64,000 nucleotides of DNA from Phoronis australis. Lineage: Eukaryota > Animalia > Phoronida. The position numbers and the translations under genes are program-made. The notes beneath the pieces are model-generated. The model made no database searches, was not told the DNA's origin, and was given only the letters and a program-made list of their open reading frames with translations. Location of the stretch: positions 31,534 to 95,533 of the forward strand of contig NMRA01000250.1 of the NCBI GenBank assembly GCA_002633005.1. Reading direction: 5' to 3'. Below are positions 36,889-49,557 of the stretch, piece after piece (position 1 is the first letter of the stretch; the number at the start of each line of letters is the position of its first letter).

Positions 36889-37210
36889 CTGAAATAACGA
36901 ACCGAAAGTGAAAATGAAACCACCAGAGTTTCTATATACAAAGAACGAGAGGTATGCACAAAGGAAGCAAACATGAAAAGCCAAGGTCTTCCCTGGTAGA
37001 CACGAAACGGTAAATTTCTACTTGGGATGCACAAGCTAGGCGTCTGAACATGACGGTAGTTTATGACACTTATAGGCAGCGCTATGTCTGTGCTCAAACG
37101 GAAAGTGAATAGAACGATTTTCGGGTGAAGAATCTGATCCAAGAAATGATCGTATTTCTTCAGTTACCTCCATAAAACAATTGTGGAAAATTTAGTCCTA
37201 ACTTGTTTTA

Positions 37211-37485
37211 TTAAAGGGACATCCTCGACGAGAAAAGCAATTTCCGATTAAATAGCAGAATTGCAGAATCGTCTCCACTGGCTTCGCAATAGCAGCCGAA
37301 CGCTCTGCCGCTTAGCCAAATCCCACGCGTAAGTGGGTTAGTACTTTAAGGGTAGTGGTAAATAAGCGCGGGTCTTGATTTCATCGAATGCCACTCACAC
37401 AACGGCGAGAATTGGCTATTTGTATAAAAAACACAGCAGATTTTGTTATTTTGTAGCTCTGTTCTAAACGAATAACTCCAATAAG
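37211..37485. mobile_element. ttaaaggg-terminated repeat family with a tRNA-like segment (copies at about 4060-4272 inverted and 43008-43265)
   Basis: Shared acaacggcgagaattggc, gca..cgaacgctct and t(t)aaagg(g)a terminus. B-box ggttcgattcc at about 4210 and its reverse complement gaattcgaacc at about 43050. Confidence 0.55.
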
Positions 37486-37849
37486 TCCAACCCATCCAAC
37501 AATAACCTCAACGCATGCGCTTTTCGGCTGCAAAACCAACAAATGAACATCCCTTTACAAAATAAGATTAAGGGCTTCACATAATAACAATGCATTTCTA
37601 CGGTAAGTCCGTTTTACTCACAAGGCTCACAGTCATAGATAGCAGACGATGCTGTCATATCTTAACGGTGTCGTCCATCAAGTAAAAGAGAGTATGCGAG
37701 TAATCAATTCAACAAAAAAATAAATATTGGAAAAACGCTGCACGTGGTATTAAAAATACAAACTTTAAAAAACACTGGAATGTCTACAGAAATAACGACA
37801 TGAAGGTCAAACTGAAAAATCGATTTAATACTACAGTTGTAAAACTCAC

Positions 37850-37885
37850 TATGTGAAAAGGACTTGATCCTGGTGCGTTGTCCAT
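37850..37885 (-). CDS. ETS factor probable start exon
   Basis: Acceptor tctctgcag at 37914, ccaacATGG context, MDNAPGSSPFHI|gtgagt; phase 0. Confidence 0.75.
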
Positions 37886-39581
37886 GTTGGTGTCGTGACG
37901 AGGACTGAGCTTCCTGCAGAGAAAAATACGAATTATACCGGACAGCCGACCGAAACAGTTCTAATCACGGTATTCCCACGCGTTCTTAATATAGAAACAT
38001 TAGTCAGAAAACAGGTTGTTACGATTGGCTAAGTTACATAACCACGTGACTATCGCTCTTGTCCAAATAAGAGTGGCCTAGACATACCGGCATTGTGCCT
38101 TTTCGCGGAATTCTTCCGTGTGAGAAAATCATATTCCATGTGCCTTTTCAAAAGCAGACGACAAAGGCTGCAAAATTTCTTTGACAATTTTTTGAATGGT
38201 TGTATTGTTGCCACACACGATCAACGAGTCAACACTGTTAAAACATACAATGAGGTGCTCTAAAGGCTCAGAGCTACTCACCCTTGGTGCAAAGCTGCAC
38301 CGCTATAGGCCAAAAGCCTTGCGCCAACGTGGGTAAAATATGGCCAAATAAAAGCTGACACAAGATTAGTGTCATTAAAAACTACACTTCACCTTGAGTA
38401 AACTAAACTATTTACAGGTGATAAATAAATGGACATTCTATCGTTATTCTCCTGCTCAAGTTGTGGAGCGATTTTTTGCGCCATGAAATATAGCGTCACC
38501 TATCGGCCTCTTTTTTTTTGCGCCGATTCTTCAATTACTCGATCTTCTTTCACACCAACTTATTGGAACTGGTTTCATTTCTTTGCAAGTGTTTAGTATT
38601 TCAATACCAGCAAACCGAATTTCAAAACAATTTTTGCTGATGCGACTGAAGCTGATATCACCTTCCGAGAGATGTCGCAAAAATTTCGAAAATGGCGCGG
38701 GCGCGTCCCACGCGAACTCCTTCCAAAACCACGATAGACTTTTATGTGTTACAAAAAGTGGAGAATTATGCAGGCAAATGTGGTTTATAAGATTGTTTTT
38801 CTCTTAAACGGCTGCAACGGGCAAAGTGAATGTTGGTTGACTCCCAAATTTTGCATGCAACCCCGCCGGTCGTTAACTTTACATGCTGATTTTAATGTCA
38901 CGACGAGATGACGATCATAGCTAACCGGGCGGTGTGAAATTTCAAGGTCTATTGGAACTTGAACACACAGTGGTCCTCAGCTGTATTTTGAAGAAAGTCC
39001 TCATTTACAGCTAAATCTAGTGGCTGGCTAAATGCTAACGTGCTCGGGAATGATGAGAGACAATTGCAATTTTGAATGTGTTAGATGTTACAGCAGTATT
39101 CATGATCTTTTTGCAGACAGACGGAGACGTCACACTACAACGGAATATGGCGGGACGTCGTTCTCCAAACCATTCAATGGAAATGTACACCCAACTACAA
39201 TTTTAGATGTGGGCTGCTCAATCAAGGCTTTGTAAGCCATACAACAAACGACAAGTTAGTCAAACATGTTTGCAAAACTCTCAGGTGCCAAGCGACCAAC
39301 GCAAGAGTTGAGCAATTTCTGACAACCAGTGCAGGTACAGAGTACGTACAATATGTATAATACATTTCGTCTACTGTTTCTGACCAGAGCCGTCACCGGG
39401 TTTGTTTGGTTCTTATGATACTTTTTGAGCATTAGTCTGAACACATCAATGCAATAAAATGCCCAATTTATTAAGTGGTTAGGCTTACTTTCATCTACGC
39501 CTAAGCGATATTAGTCAAGTAAGTAAGTAAAATGTTTATTTTACATCGGTACAGAATAGGTTAACAGCAAAACAATAGCAC

Positions 39582-39738
39582 CAGGGGTGGATCCAGGATT
39601 TTTAGTGGGCGGGGGGCAGGGCAGAGTATTAGCCAGGATTTTGTCCCTCAGACATTTGCACCCCCGAACTGCCAAATGGAATCTAGGAGAGTTTTAGGGG
39701 GGCATGGCCTCCTTGGCCCCCTTCTAAATTCGCCACTG
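39582..39738. mobile_element. Short MITE, caggggtggatcc family
   Basis: caggggtggatccagg ... ctaaattcgccactg termini. Confidence 0.65.
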
Positions 39739-40081
39739 AGCACACTGCTAGTGACTGATATAAAATGAGAAGTTAATGTGTGCAACAGAGGTAGATGGGC
39801 AACGTACAGAAAGTATACAAACATACATGACTTCAAGCATCAAAACACAGTATTTAACAGCGTAGGCTTTGTTGGCATTCACAAGCTTGGCGTACATGGT
39901 GACTTAACTCATTAATAAAGGTATTGAGGTCTTGACAACATCTTATACACTCAGGTAACTTGTTCCATAATGATGCCCCCTGGTGGTGAATAGAATAAAA
40001 TCCATAGGATGTAGTGGTGAACCTTTCAAAAAATGATAACCATTACAGAACCCTATTCCAGACGTGCCGCACAGCCGTGTA

Positions 40082-40343
40082 CATGCGCGCACCCAGCCTA
40101 AGGCATAGGGGGCTCGAGTTTTTCGGTGTGCGTACCTTTTAGTGAAAGAAATCAAATAAAAAAAAACGGGGCCACTAGGTTTAGGCCCACGAATTGTGCA
40201 TCCGCGCCGACTTCCCGTGGGATTTTGTGAATGTTGTTTCGTTTACTCGAACTTTTCAAAGAAGCGGTCCTTTTTGCCCAATTCGCCTAATTGGGGGGCT
40301 CGAATGAGCCCCCCGAGCCCCTCCCCCGGGTGGTGCGCCCATG
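40082..40343. mobile_element. MITE, catgcgcgcaccc family
   Basis: Termini catgcgcgcaccc / ggtgcgcccatg; related copy at 44071-44321 and a right end at 24455-24516. Confidence 0.75.
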
Positions 40344-40776
40344 GTGTTTGCAGCCCGGAGCTCTTCTCTTTCGGTGCCGGTAATGCTTCATGAGCGCGGG
40401 GCCGCGTTTATGAGTCAGAATTCACAGATCTTTGAGTCGTGTTCAAAAGTGCGTGAGCTTTGTTGTTCGTGTAGTCTGCGTTCAACGCAAAAACTTTCAG
40501 CCTTCGTTGTTTGTTGTGCGTTCTCGCGGTGATGCAACATGGCGCGCACTGGTCATGCACTCACGTAGGAGAGCACACGGAGAGAATTATTAATTCTAAA
40601 AGACACCATTCTACGTGCAATATTTAACTATTTCATTCGAGATGAGAACAGACACATTGAAAATTTTACAAATCATGATGATTGATAAACAGAAGAAAAA
40701 TGCTCAGCCGATTCAGTATGGTGACGCAAACGCATAGAAGTAGACAAAATTGAATAAAGATAGCGTCAAAACTTAC

Positions 40777-40930
40777 GTCTATCTTCCTGTGGAGTACAGA
40801 GACTGATTGCCAGCGGAACATAAGCGTCCCGTTTTATACTGTTTTTTATCTCTATACAAAATGGAGCATGCGCAACAGCCTATAGGGAATTCCCCTTTTT
40901 ATCGTTGAAATGAGCGAAGATTTCATTGGC
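40777..40930 (-). promoter_or_regulatory. Candidate core promoter and short non-coding first exon of the ETS gene
   Basis: On minus: CCAAT (40925-40929), GGGGAATTCCC kB site (40885-40895), TGCGCATGC (NRF1-like), TATAAAA (40832-40838), Inr-like TCAGT (40802-40806), donor gac|gtaagt at 40777/40776. Confidence 0.6.
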
Positions 40931-42067
40931 CAGTCTCGCGTATTCGGTTTAAGTTACTCGCACTCTTTTGTCAACAGTTCGCAATCGAATGTAATCTAGG
41001 ACACCGCCCCGGGACACTGCTTTTTGCTGAAAGTAAATACCATTGTCACGGGACGCTGAGCTAATTATTCGGATCTAAAAAATAACTTGACTGGTAGGCT
41101 TATGAGAAACGGCAAGTCGCTGATGTTTACAAAGATGCGGCAAGAGCGAATTAAAGTTATCCAGGCAGTAAAAACAATTCAAGGCTGCGCGCTTCTAAAC
41201 TCGGGCTTTGACTCCCCAAAACCCGAACAACACCGACCAACAAAAACCGAGCCTGTGGTGCAAATTCCATACAAGGGTCCCCAAAACTAGACACACTCGC
41301 CGAAGATACCCGCTGACCGAACTCCATTGCCTTGACCCAAACTCCAGACCCGAACCATGGATTTTGGATAATTTTGCCTGGTCTTGCGTGACCTCGCCTT
41401 TCTCTAAAGAAACTTGCTGTAAGGAACGCAGCACCCGTTTCAGTAAATAATGTCGAGTTTCGTGCAGGCCAGTTCTGGAAACGTAATACGACCTTATAAC
41501 TGTTCCCATGCCGACTATTTGACAATCACTGTTCAAAAAAGCGATCTGCTACAGAACTGCTGAATCTACAAGCCCCGAAGCAGCGCACTCTACAGGGAGA
41601 AAGTGCACAAAGTCAATTATGCCCATACTCAACTACCTCGGTAATGGAGTTCTGTGCATTCTGTTGGCTGCATGGCACTTCACCGAAGCTAATTATGCAA
41701 TCTAACTCTTTCTATAGAAGGGGCAGAACTATTCTAAAAGGGGGGGTCCTTTTCGACATGTCTCAGTCCATGGAGAAAAATCATGCAAAACCTTACTGCG
41801 CGTACTGGACACGTTTTTGATTTTGTATCTTTTCATTAGCGCCATCCGCACATATATATTGAAGAGTTGCGGGTAGTGCGGGTATTTATCTGAGCAGAAA
41901 CCAATTACCTTGCACAATTAAGCTGAGCACAGCTAAACAATACGTTATGCGTGCTTAGCATGTAATTCCCTACTTGCACCCTTTGGTGGTGTTGCAATGA
42001 TTGATTAGGACACAATGTCCCATTCTAGCATCAAGTTTAACTACGCAAATGGTGAAAGAGTGCAGAA

Positions 42068-42215
42068 CCATTGTACTGTGGACACAACACTTGGCAAAGT
42101 ATGGCCATTGTACTGTGGACACAACACTTGGCAAAGCATGGCCATTGTACTGTGGACACAACACTTGGCAAAGCATGGCCATTGTTGTGTGGACACAACA
42201 CTTGGCAAAGCATGG
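42068..42215. repeat. 37-bp tandem repeat x4
   Basis: Unit ccattgtactgtggacacaacacttggcaaagcatgg, contiguous with no spacers. Confidence 0.97.
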
Positions 42216-44070
42216 TCAATTCGTGCAAGCACTGGACCATGAATAATCAGATGCTCGTAAATTGTCTTGGAAATTACCAGCATCGAGCGCGAAATGACGC
42301 TCAATGTGGGGATTCCATTTACGGGTACTAATTTAAGAGCTGGGCCGACGAAGACAATTACTTGAGAAAGATATGGCAAACAAGGTAGTCATCGGCACAT
42401 CACTTTATAATAACGAGTGTCCAGGGCACACATATTTGCGTTGTTTGATTTGTTATTGACATTGGTTAGAAACAGTCATGTCTATTTAAGTATACGTGCT
42501 GAACAACCAACTATCGGTTTGTACAGATAGCCATGGGTCCCGCGATATTAACAATTTGATGACACGTTAGGTCTGGCTGCCATCTATTCAGAGAGTTCCA
42601 ACTTAAGTGACCTGAGGATGAAAAAGGGGCTAGGTCAGATTCATTTAGCCACGCACTTCAAACACATTCTGATTGGATCATCTTTCATTCTGTTATTTCA
42701 GTTTAAAGCCATGCTAAAACACTTCATTCAGTTGCATGTTGAGACACGGGATCGTATTGCGTTACAGACGGGTGAGAAACTTAAAACTGGGTGAAGCGGT
42801 TGGGCATAGAAAAATTGGACTTCGGGCTAAACTGACGCCCCTGTGTGGGCGTTTTTTCTTATAGGCGCACCAATTTCCCTCATCTCCATTATCTTCACCT
42901 GCCGTCGGTCGCACAGACTAATTTCGCACTCCGAATTTGTTTGAAAGGGAAACGATACAGAAATGAACATTTCATCAACCTTCAAAATTCTTTGAAACAA
43001 TAGTGTCCTAAAGGAATATTACTAGAAAAATGATTTTCAGGCGTAGCAGGAATTCGAACCCGCAACCCCCGCAGTTGCAGCTAAACGCTCTACTTAACCC
43101 CACTCCATGAAATTGCTGATTATCTTACACGTGAAATCACTGGCCTCACTGATTTGAGCGAATGTGGGGAAGACAACGGCGAGAATTGGCGAAAGTTATA
43201 ATTAAATCACAAAAACAACACGAACGTTGTTGTTTTCTAGGTCTGGTTAAAGCTAATAACTTCAAGAAGTCTCTGAGCACCGCAATAAAACTTATAGATG
43301 GTCCGTTATATTGACATGTACACGACCATCAAATATCTTTCTCCAGGCAGCCTGATTTACACGCAGCGAGTGTCCCACAAACAACTCCCTTTATATGAGT
43401 TTTTAACAATCGTCAAAAGATATACTATTCTTGAGACTCTTCAGGACAAATTGTCCATATCTTGCCACCATAAAGACGTCGGAAATATCGTGTTAGTATA
43501 AATCACCAACAGAGGACTTCAAATTCTCCAAGCTATCATCCTCAATTAGTTTTTTCTATCACAGTATTGGTTGTTTGGGACGCATGTCTTGATTCTGCGT
43601 AATTCGTTGCATGAAAACACTTCGTGACATTCTAGAACTGTTTGAAATTTTGTCTGGTTCACCGCCTCCATATTTGACAATGTGAGAGCTATGAAGTGGC
43701 AATGGGACAAATGCACCAGCCTCCCTCCAGGGACCTCAGAGAAAGGTGTTTAAATACGAAAGACTACATCATTTAAAAATAAGGAAAAACAGGTAAACGT
43801 TGCAAATGATTTCATCATCTGGGTTGCCCTTCGAGAGCTGGAACATTATCGGTTTTATGACCAAAATACATGGGATAGACTTCTTGCAGTTACGAGCTTT
43901 CACGAAAGCTCTAGGACCACATAGTTCGTTGTTTTTGAGACTTTATTACAAATCGACAATTCTCGCCGATGTCTGCTACTCACTCACTGAAATCAAGACG
44001 GGTGACCTTACAAGTTGAAATAGATGTTGCCAATAATAGAGTGGGATTTAGCGCTGACAGCATAGCCCCT

Positions 44071-44321
44071 CATCCGCGCACCCAGCCTTTAACAGGGGGG
44101 GGGGGCTCGAATTTTTGTCGATGTGGACCTTTTGCTGACAAAAAAGCGGGAGGACTAAAAAACGGGGTGCCACCTTCAAAACTGTGAACTGTTCGTCTGC
44201 GCCTTTTAGTGGACTTCTGTCTCGTTTGCTCGGACTTTTTGTTTCTCTGAGGCGGAACTTTTTGCCCACTTCGCCCAATGGGGGGTGGGGCTCGTTCGAG
44301 CCTCCCCTGGGTGCGCGCATG
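44071..44321. mobile_element. MITE, catgcgcgcaccc family
   Basis: catccgcgcacccag / ctgggtgcgcgcatg TIRs. Confidence 0.8.
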
Positions 44322-47300
44322 TGCTTGCAACCACGGGGGTTACAAGTTCGTTTACGCGCTGATTCTGAACCCGGAAATATCTCGCCCATTGCTAGATAAC
44401 ATTACATGAAACTTGAACACAACGGTCATCATAGAGCACCCTGAGAGTGGGGGGCGTCAACAATTGCTCCTGTCTTCGCGGCCTCACTGCATCATGTTCC
44501 CCACTGGTATAACGTGATATTTAAGTTCAAAATACGTGAAAGCGTGAGAATTGATTCAGTTATCATTTGGAAGAGAGGGGTCCCTGCAGACTCGGAAACG
44601 GAGAGTTGATTCACCAAAACCGGTCTTCGTGAATTTAAACCGAACAAATTTTTGATGTACAAGTGTTCATGAATTAGACTTGTTTTACCTTTCCTCTGCA
44701 TTGTTTGAATATGTTTTTCTTCTCATTTTTGGCTGGGTCGGAGATGAAGATCTTTCTAGACCTCGCAAAATAAGCCACTAAGGTTTGGCTCCTGGATCTC
44801 GAAACGTGCCCCCCCCTCCTACTGCCCCTCGTTTGCATGAGCACCTATTACCCATCACCCAAAATCTGCGTGGTGCAGTTTAATGATTGAAAATAGCATA
44901 TTGTGTTATTCAGCGGTGAAGTCTGGCCCACTTTCTTTGTTATCGTGGAAATTATGTACGATTTTTAAACCTCTTGTGAGTATTTTACAGTGTTTTCGTA
45001 CGTCGTGAGTTAGAAGTACGCTGAGGATGATTTTTAGTGTCGAATTCTTAGTTCCGTTTACACAAAACCCCGGTTAGGTGTTGGCAAGTGACGAGAGTTA
45101 AGGTTATGTAGGGTCCAAGAAAATTGCTCAAATTTGACATCATATCTCTGACTGGTCGGATTCATATGAAGCCTTTTATGCCCTGTTTTCCAAAACACTG
45201 GTAAGTATTGTTTTTAAAATGCTCCGCTCTTGCATGAGGGGATATCAAAACTAGGACTTTTATAATTTCCCTGAAAAAATCAAAACCTTCATAAATTGAC
45301 AGTGAAACAATAACTTAGAAATCTCTAATCTTTGAGATTTCATCTTGAATATTTATGTCTAATTAATTTTTAGTCATGTTGTACATACCGTTGCTTTGTT
45401 TCAATGTACTTTTCTGTTTCCTGTTTTGCTAATTTTAATCACGTGACCCAATTAATGGCAGATTAATGAAAAACCAAAAATCAAATTCTACAAGCTTTCC
45501 ACCTTCAAAAAAGATATATGGTTGGTAGACTTGTCGATAGCATTCCACGTAACCTTACCCATTGAATTGCTGCTCACCTGCAAAAAATGACGTCAAGTAG
45601 GTGTTTTTAAAAACCCACGGGGTGCCGTTCTATTGTGGTGAATTTTGAACCTCATTGATCAAGTATCCCACCTACTGCGGGTAAATCCTTAAACATGCAC
45701 AAATGCTTCCACTAATAGAACGAGAAATCAAAAAATAAACTGTTGAAATTGTTCTAAAGCACCCACAGAACCTTTTTGTTGTTTAATGTGATTGTTGACC
45801 TAATTGCTTGGATAGCGTATTCATGTCATTGAGTGGCAAAAAAGCAAAATACCTAACACGTCAACGCTTTGTATTGACCAGTGTGATTGCTCGAATAGGC
45901 TATAGCGAAACCTAGCGCTATGTTACCAGATGGCAAGAACAGCTGCGTACACGAGCAAGGCAGCTTCCCACGCCTTGATTTTCGCCACCTTCAGTGTACC
46001 CCCAACGTTTTCACCTGCGGGCTTGAATTAGAACAAGTTATCAATGCCCAGCAATTTCCTCGTATATGAGGGGGGCCACTACCTCCATATTTGATAGTTT
46101 TTCCCAAGATTTTTATAAATAGTGTGCATGTTTAATAAAAATGCTTCTCAACAAGTTTTAGTCGTGTGGTAGAAAATTAAACGCACAGCAGAGTCCATAG
46201 AGTAGGTGGACAAAAGTGGAAAGGAATTTTTTTGGTACTCTCAGGTGGTCGGATACATTTACCTGCACAGAAAGACAAGTAGACGTTAGTACTGACGAAT
46301 AATGGAAACATATTCAGAAGCACCGTTCCTGTTATTTCAACACTTTGGTGAATTCAACAGGAATAAGCTTGGTCACGATGAATACTGAACTTCACTCGAA
46401 TGACTCGAAACATGTCTTTTATCCGTGAGAGCGGGGAACGCTAGAGAAATGCATCGCCATTGTTTGCGCGATTCCCAGTCGCAGCCTTTTATTCTCACAG
46501 GGTCTCGGGGCTGTAGAAAGATTACATGACAACAAAAAAGATCAATTAAAGATTAAACATTTCGCGCCAGAACCCCCTCAATCTTTCATTGTTTTATCAG
46601 GTCCCATGTTGGTATGCAAAATGAGATAACGGATTATCTTACATTTTTCCTATTGTTTGGCCGGGTACATTACACTATTAAAAGTTTGAAGATATGAAGT
46701 GCGTGGATTAAGAAGATAAGGGAAGTCATTAGGTCATGCCCAATCTCATTTTTATCGACGATAGAAATCCCCCACTTTACAACCCTCGCCAAGAATAATA
46801 GGGACGCTACTTTACTGTGTTGTTAATATCAATGGAAACGAGACGTGTGACAAAGAATTCTGTACGACATCAAAGAAAAACATTAGTTTTTAAGTGGCAT
46901 TGTCCCGGGATTTCGACCTTTGGATGTCAATAAAACGCATAGAACACGTACGACTGTGGCCCAGTCATGACGATCACGATACGTACACTTTGACAATGTG
47001 TAAAACGTGACTTGGAACAATGTCTTCAGGACATGCATTGTCTCCGGAAGGGTTTTTGCCCTTTCAGGAATCGTCTCCAGTGCGCATATCGTCTTCGCAG
47101 TATCGCCTCGGGTCGGTAAGGAGAGGGGAAGGGTCTTCGAATCCCATAGACGGGGCGCTGCGGGATGAGCCGCTCAAAGGGTGTATTTGGCCACCTGTTT
47201 TTCTGCGAAAGATTTTTTTCTGACAAAAGTGCATACAAAAAGGCTCAGGTTTGGGAGTTTTGAAACTCTAAAACAATTATTTTGTTTTACTACACTATTC

Positions 47301-49557
47301 TGCAGCGCGATCCTTTGAAAGAGAACTCCCCGGATTCAGAGAACTATTTAGCCGCATGTAATGAAACAAAATAACTCAAACAGGGATATGTATTGACCGA
47401 GTAGTATATAAATAAGACGTTTTCCTTGCTGTTTATAAAGACGACAGGACAGATACTCCTGAACACTAAAGCTGTATTTCGGTGGGTAAAAAAACGAAAT
47501 TAAAATAAGCCCTTTGCTCTCATGGAATAGCTCTCAAGGTATTCCTTACCGTCATAGTACTCTATTTCAGCCAACATCAAGAACAGCGACATCATCAGCG
47601 ACTCCAGAAAACTTTCAGAATTTATTAGGATTGGGGAACCCTAAAATTGCGAATTCAAAAATGGCGGATGTACGCATTCCATAACCTGTGGTTTGATTTG
47701 TTAAGGGAAATGGTTACGGTAAAGGCTGTAATGAAAGCCATTTATCGGAGAGGTGAAAGGTCATTTTAGCGAACAAAACAGGGCGAAATGCAACTTTATA
47801 ATATTATTCTCCCTGCACGATAACGTTCACACACTGGTTTATTTACCGAAGGTTAACGTACGCATAGTATAAGTGGAAGTTCATTGATATTCCAATTGCG
47901 TTGCACTATGGTACTGTGAGTAAATATACCTTCAACCCAGGTCACAATTATAGTAAAATGATCACTTGATGCGCAATTGTGCGTTTTTGACACAGTCTTA
48001 CACATTTCACCTAAAAAATCGTGACTACTTTTGTCGGCTTCTAAATTCTGGGTAGAGTTCAGTAACGCTAGGACCTGCGCTAGGACCGCGCTAAATCTAG
48101 CCAAAGTCACGTGTTTTCATTTAAAATACACGGCAATGTCACACGTAATCTCGCAAAGTATTGCTTTTTAGCGAGGTCCTAGGCAGCTGTAAAGAGTTCC
48201 TCAAAACAAACAAATTCGATCTTTATAGCGTTTGACAGAGGAACCTGTAAACGCACTAGTAAAATTCAATTTACGCCGCGCAGAATTATCAAAATAATCA
48301 ACGTTTGTGACTTGTAAGCTTCCTTCATCGTGACGCTGTAAAACGCTAAATTCGATTAGATCTCCTTGACTGTCCCCCCAATACACGCACTAGTAGCGAC
48401 AACACGGAATGAAAACAAAATCTACAGCTATGACATACTAATTCTGAATTTACGTCGATTCGTAATATTTAATTCTGAAACTCACCGAAAATGACCCTAA
48501 CACAGGGGCGTAACTTCTGAATCCCGAAATGGCGACACACCCAAAATTGTAGATTTAGTTGGACAAAGAATGAAGGAGTTTATTCGTCGAACTCGCTTGG
48601 GGCACTCACAGTAAAGGGGTTCCAATAGTCGCACAGGTTATCGAGTTGCGCACTCAGACAGAGAACATTACTTGTGTATTGATTTGAATCTGCTTCAAGT
48701 TGGATAGCAGCCGGAGCCCCAGTAGTGATTGGAAAATTACCAATTTTTAATATTTAATAGCTTGGAGGAGTTTTTGGACAATTTTACTTGGCACATCATT
48801 ACTTCTTTTAAAATGCGTTTTGGGGAGTCGAGTTTTACAAAAACGATATTAAGACCCACGTAGCGTTCAGTGGCCAACGTCCCTAAATTCACAAGCCGCC
48901 ACGTCCTCTTGCCGGCACTTCATCGGACAATTTCGGCAAACACGCAACATTTGAATTTTCAGAATGCATTTCAACTAAGTTAGGAAAAGTACGTTTGACA
49001 CCAAAACAGTGACAAGCTAAGTTCGCATCTGGTCCCTGGCTCATTTTTAACTCTGAAAAACGTTTAACGTTGAATTTTGACTCACCACCGCTTTGGGAAC
49101 AAAAATTCTACAAGTTACGAAATAACCTGTCTTGCTCTTCCAACAGACAATCAAATATAAAATATGGTAAAAATAACAAAACAAAGTGTACCTAGAAAAA
49201 CAACCAGAAACGCGCAACGCGTCACTTTGACGTAAGACTATTGCAGCCATCTAACGGGAGTCAGGTGTACTAATAGCAAAGATTTTATAGATATAGCAAT
49301 AGTGACCGAAAACGATCATTCTCGAACCCCATGAGATGTGCTCAATCCGTGTTTACTGTATATGTATAGGCCTACAATACAGCTATATCTGAAGTTTCAC
49401 ATCGCCTTTCCAGCCTGTTTTATGACTCGGACCCCTCATTCCATCTGAAATGAAACAACAAGAATATAAGAAAAACATATCTGGCTTACGGCTTCGTACA
49501 AACTAGAAGCCAGCGAGCTATGTCAAAATATTTACACAGCTTTGCATCAAGACTAAA

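Noticed and set aside
41087-41536. Overlapping ORFs of 67-122 aa on both strands
   Set aside because: No recognisable domain or convincing splice sites.
42068-42215. CRISPR-like 37-bp repeats
   Set aside because: Units are contiguous with no unique spacers, there are no cas genes, and the context is eukaryotic.
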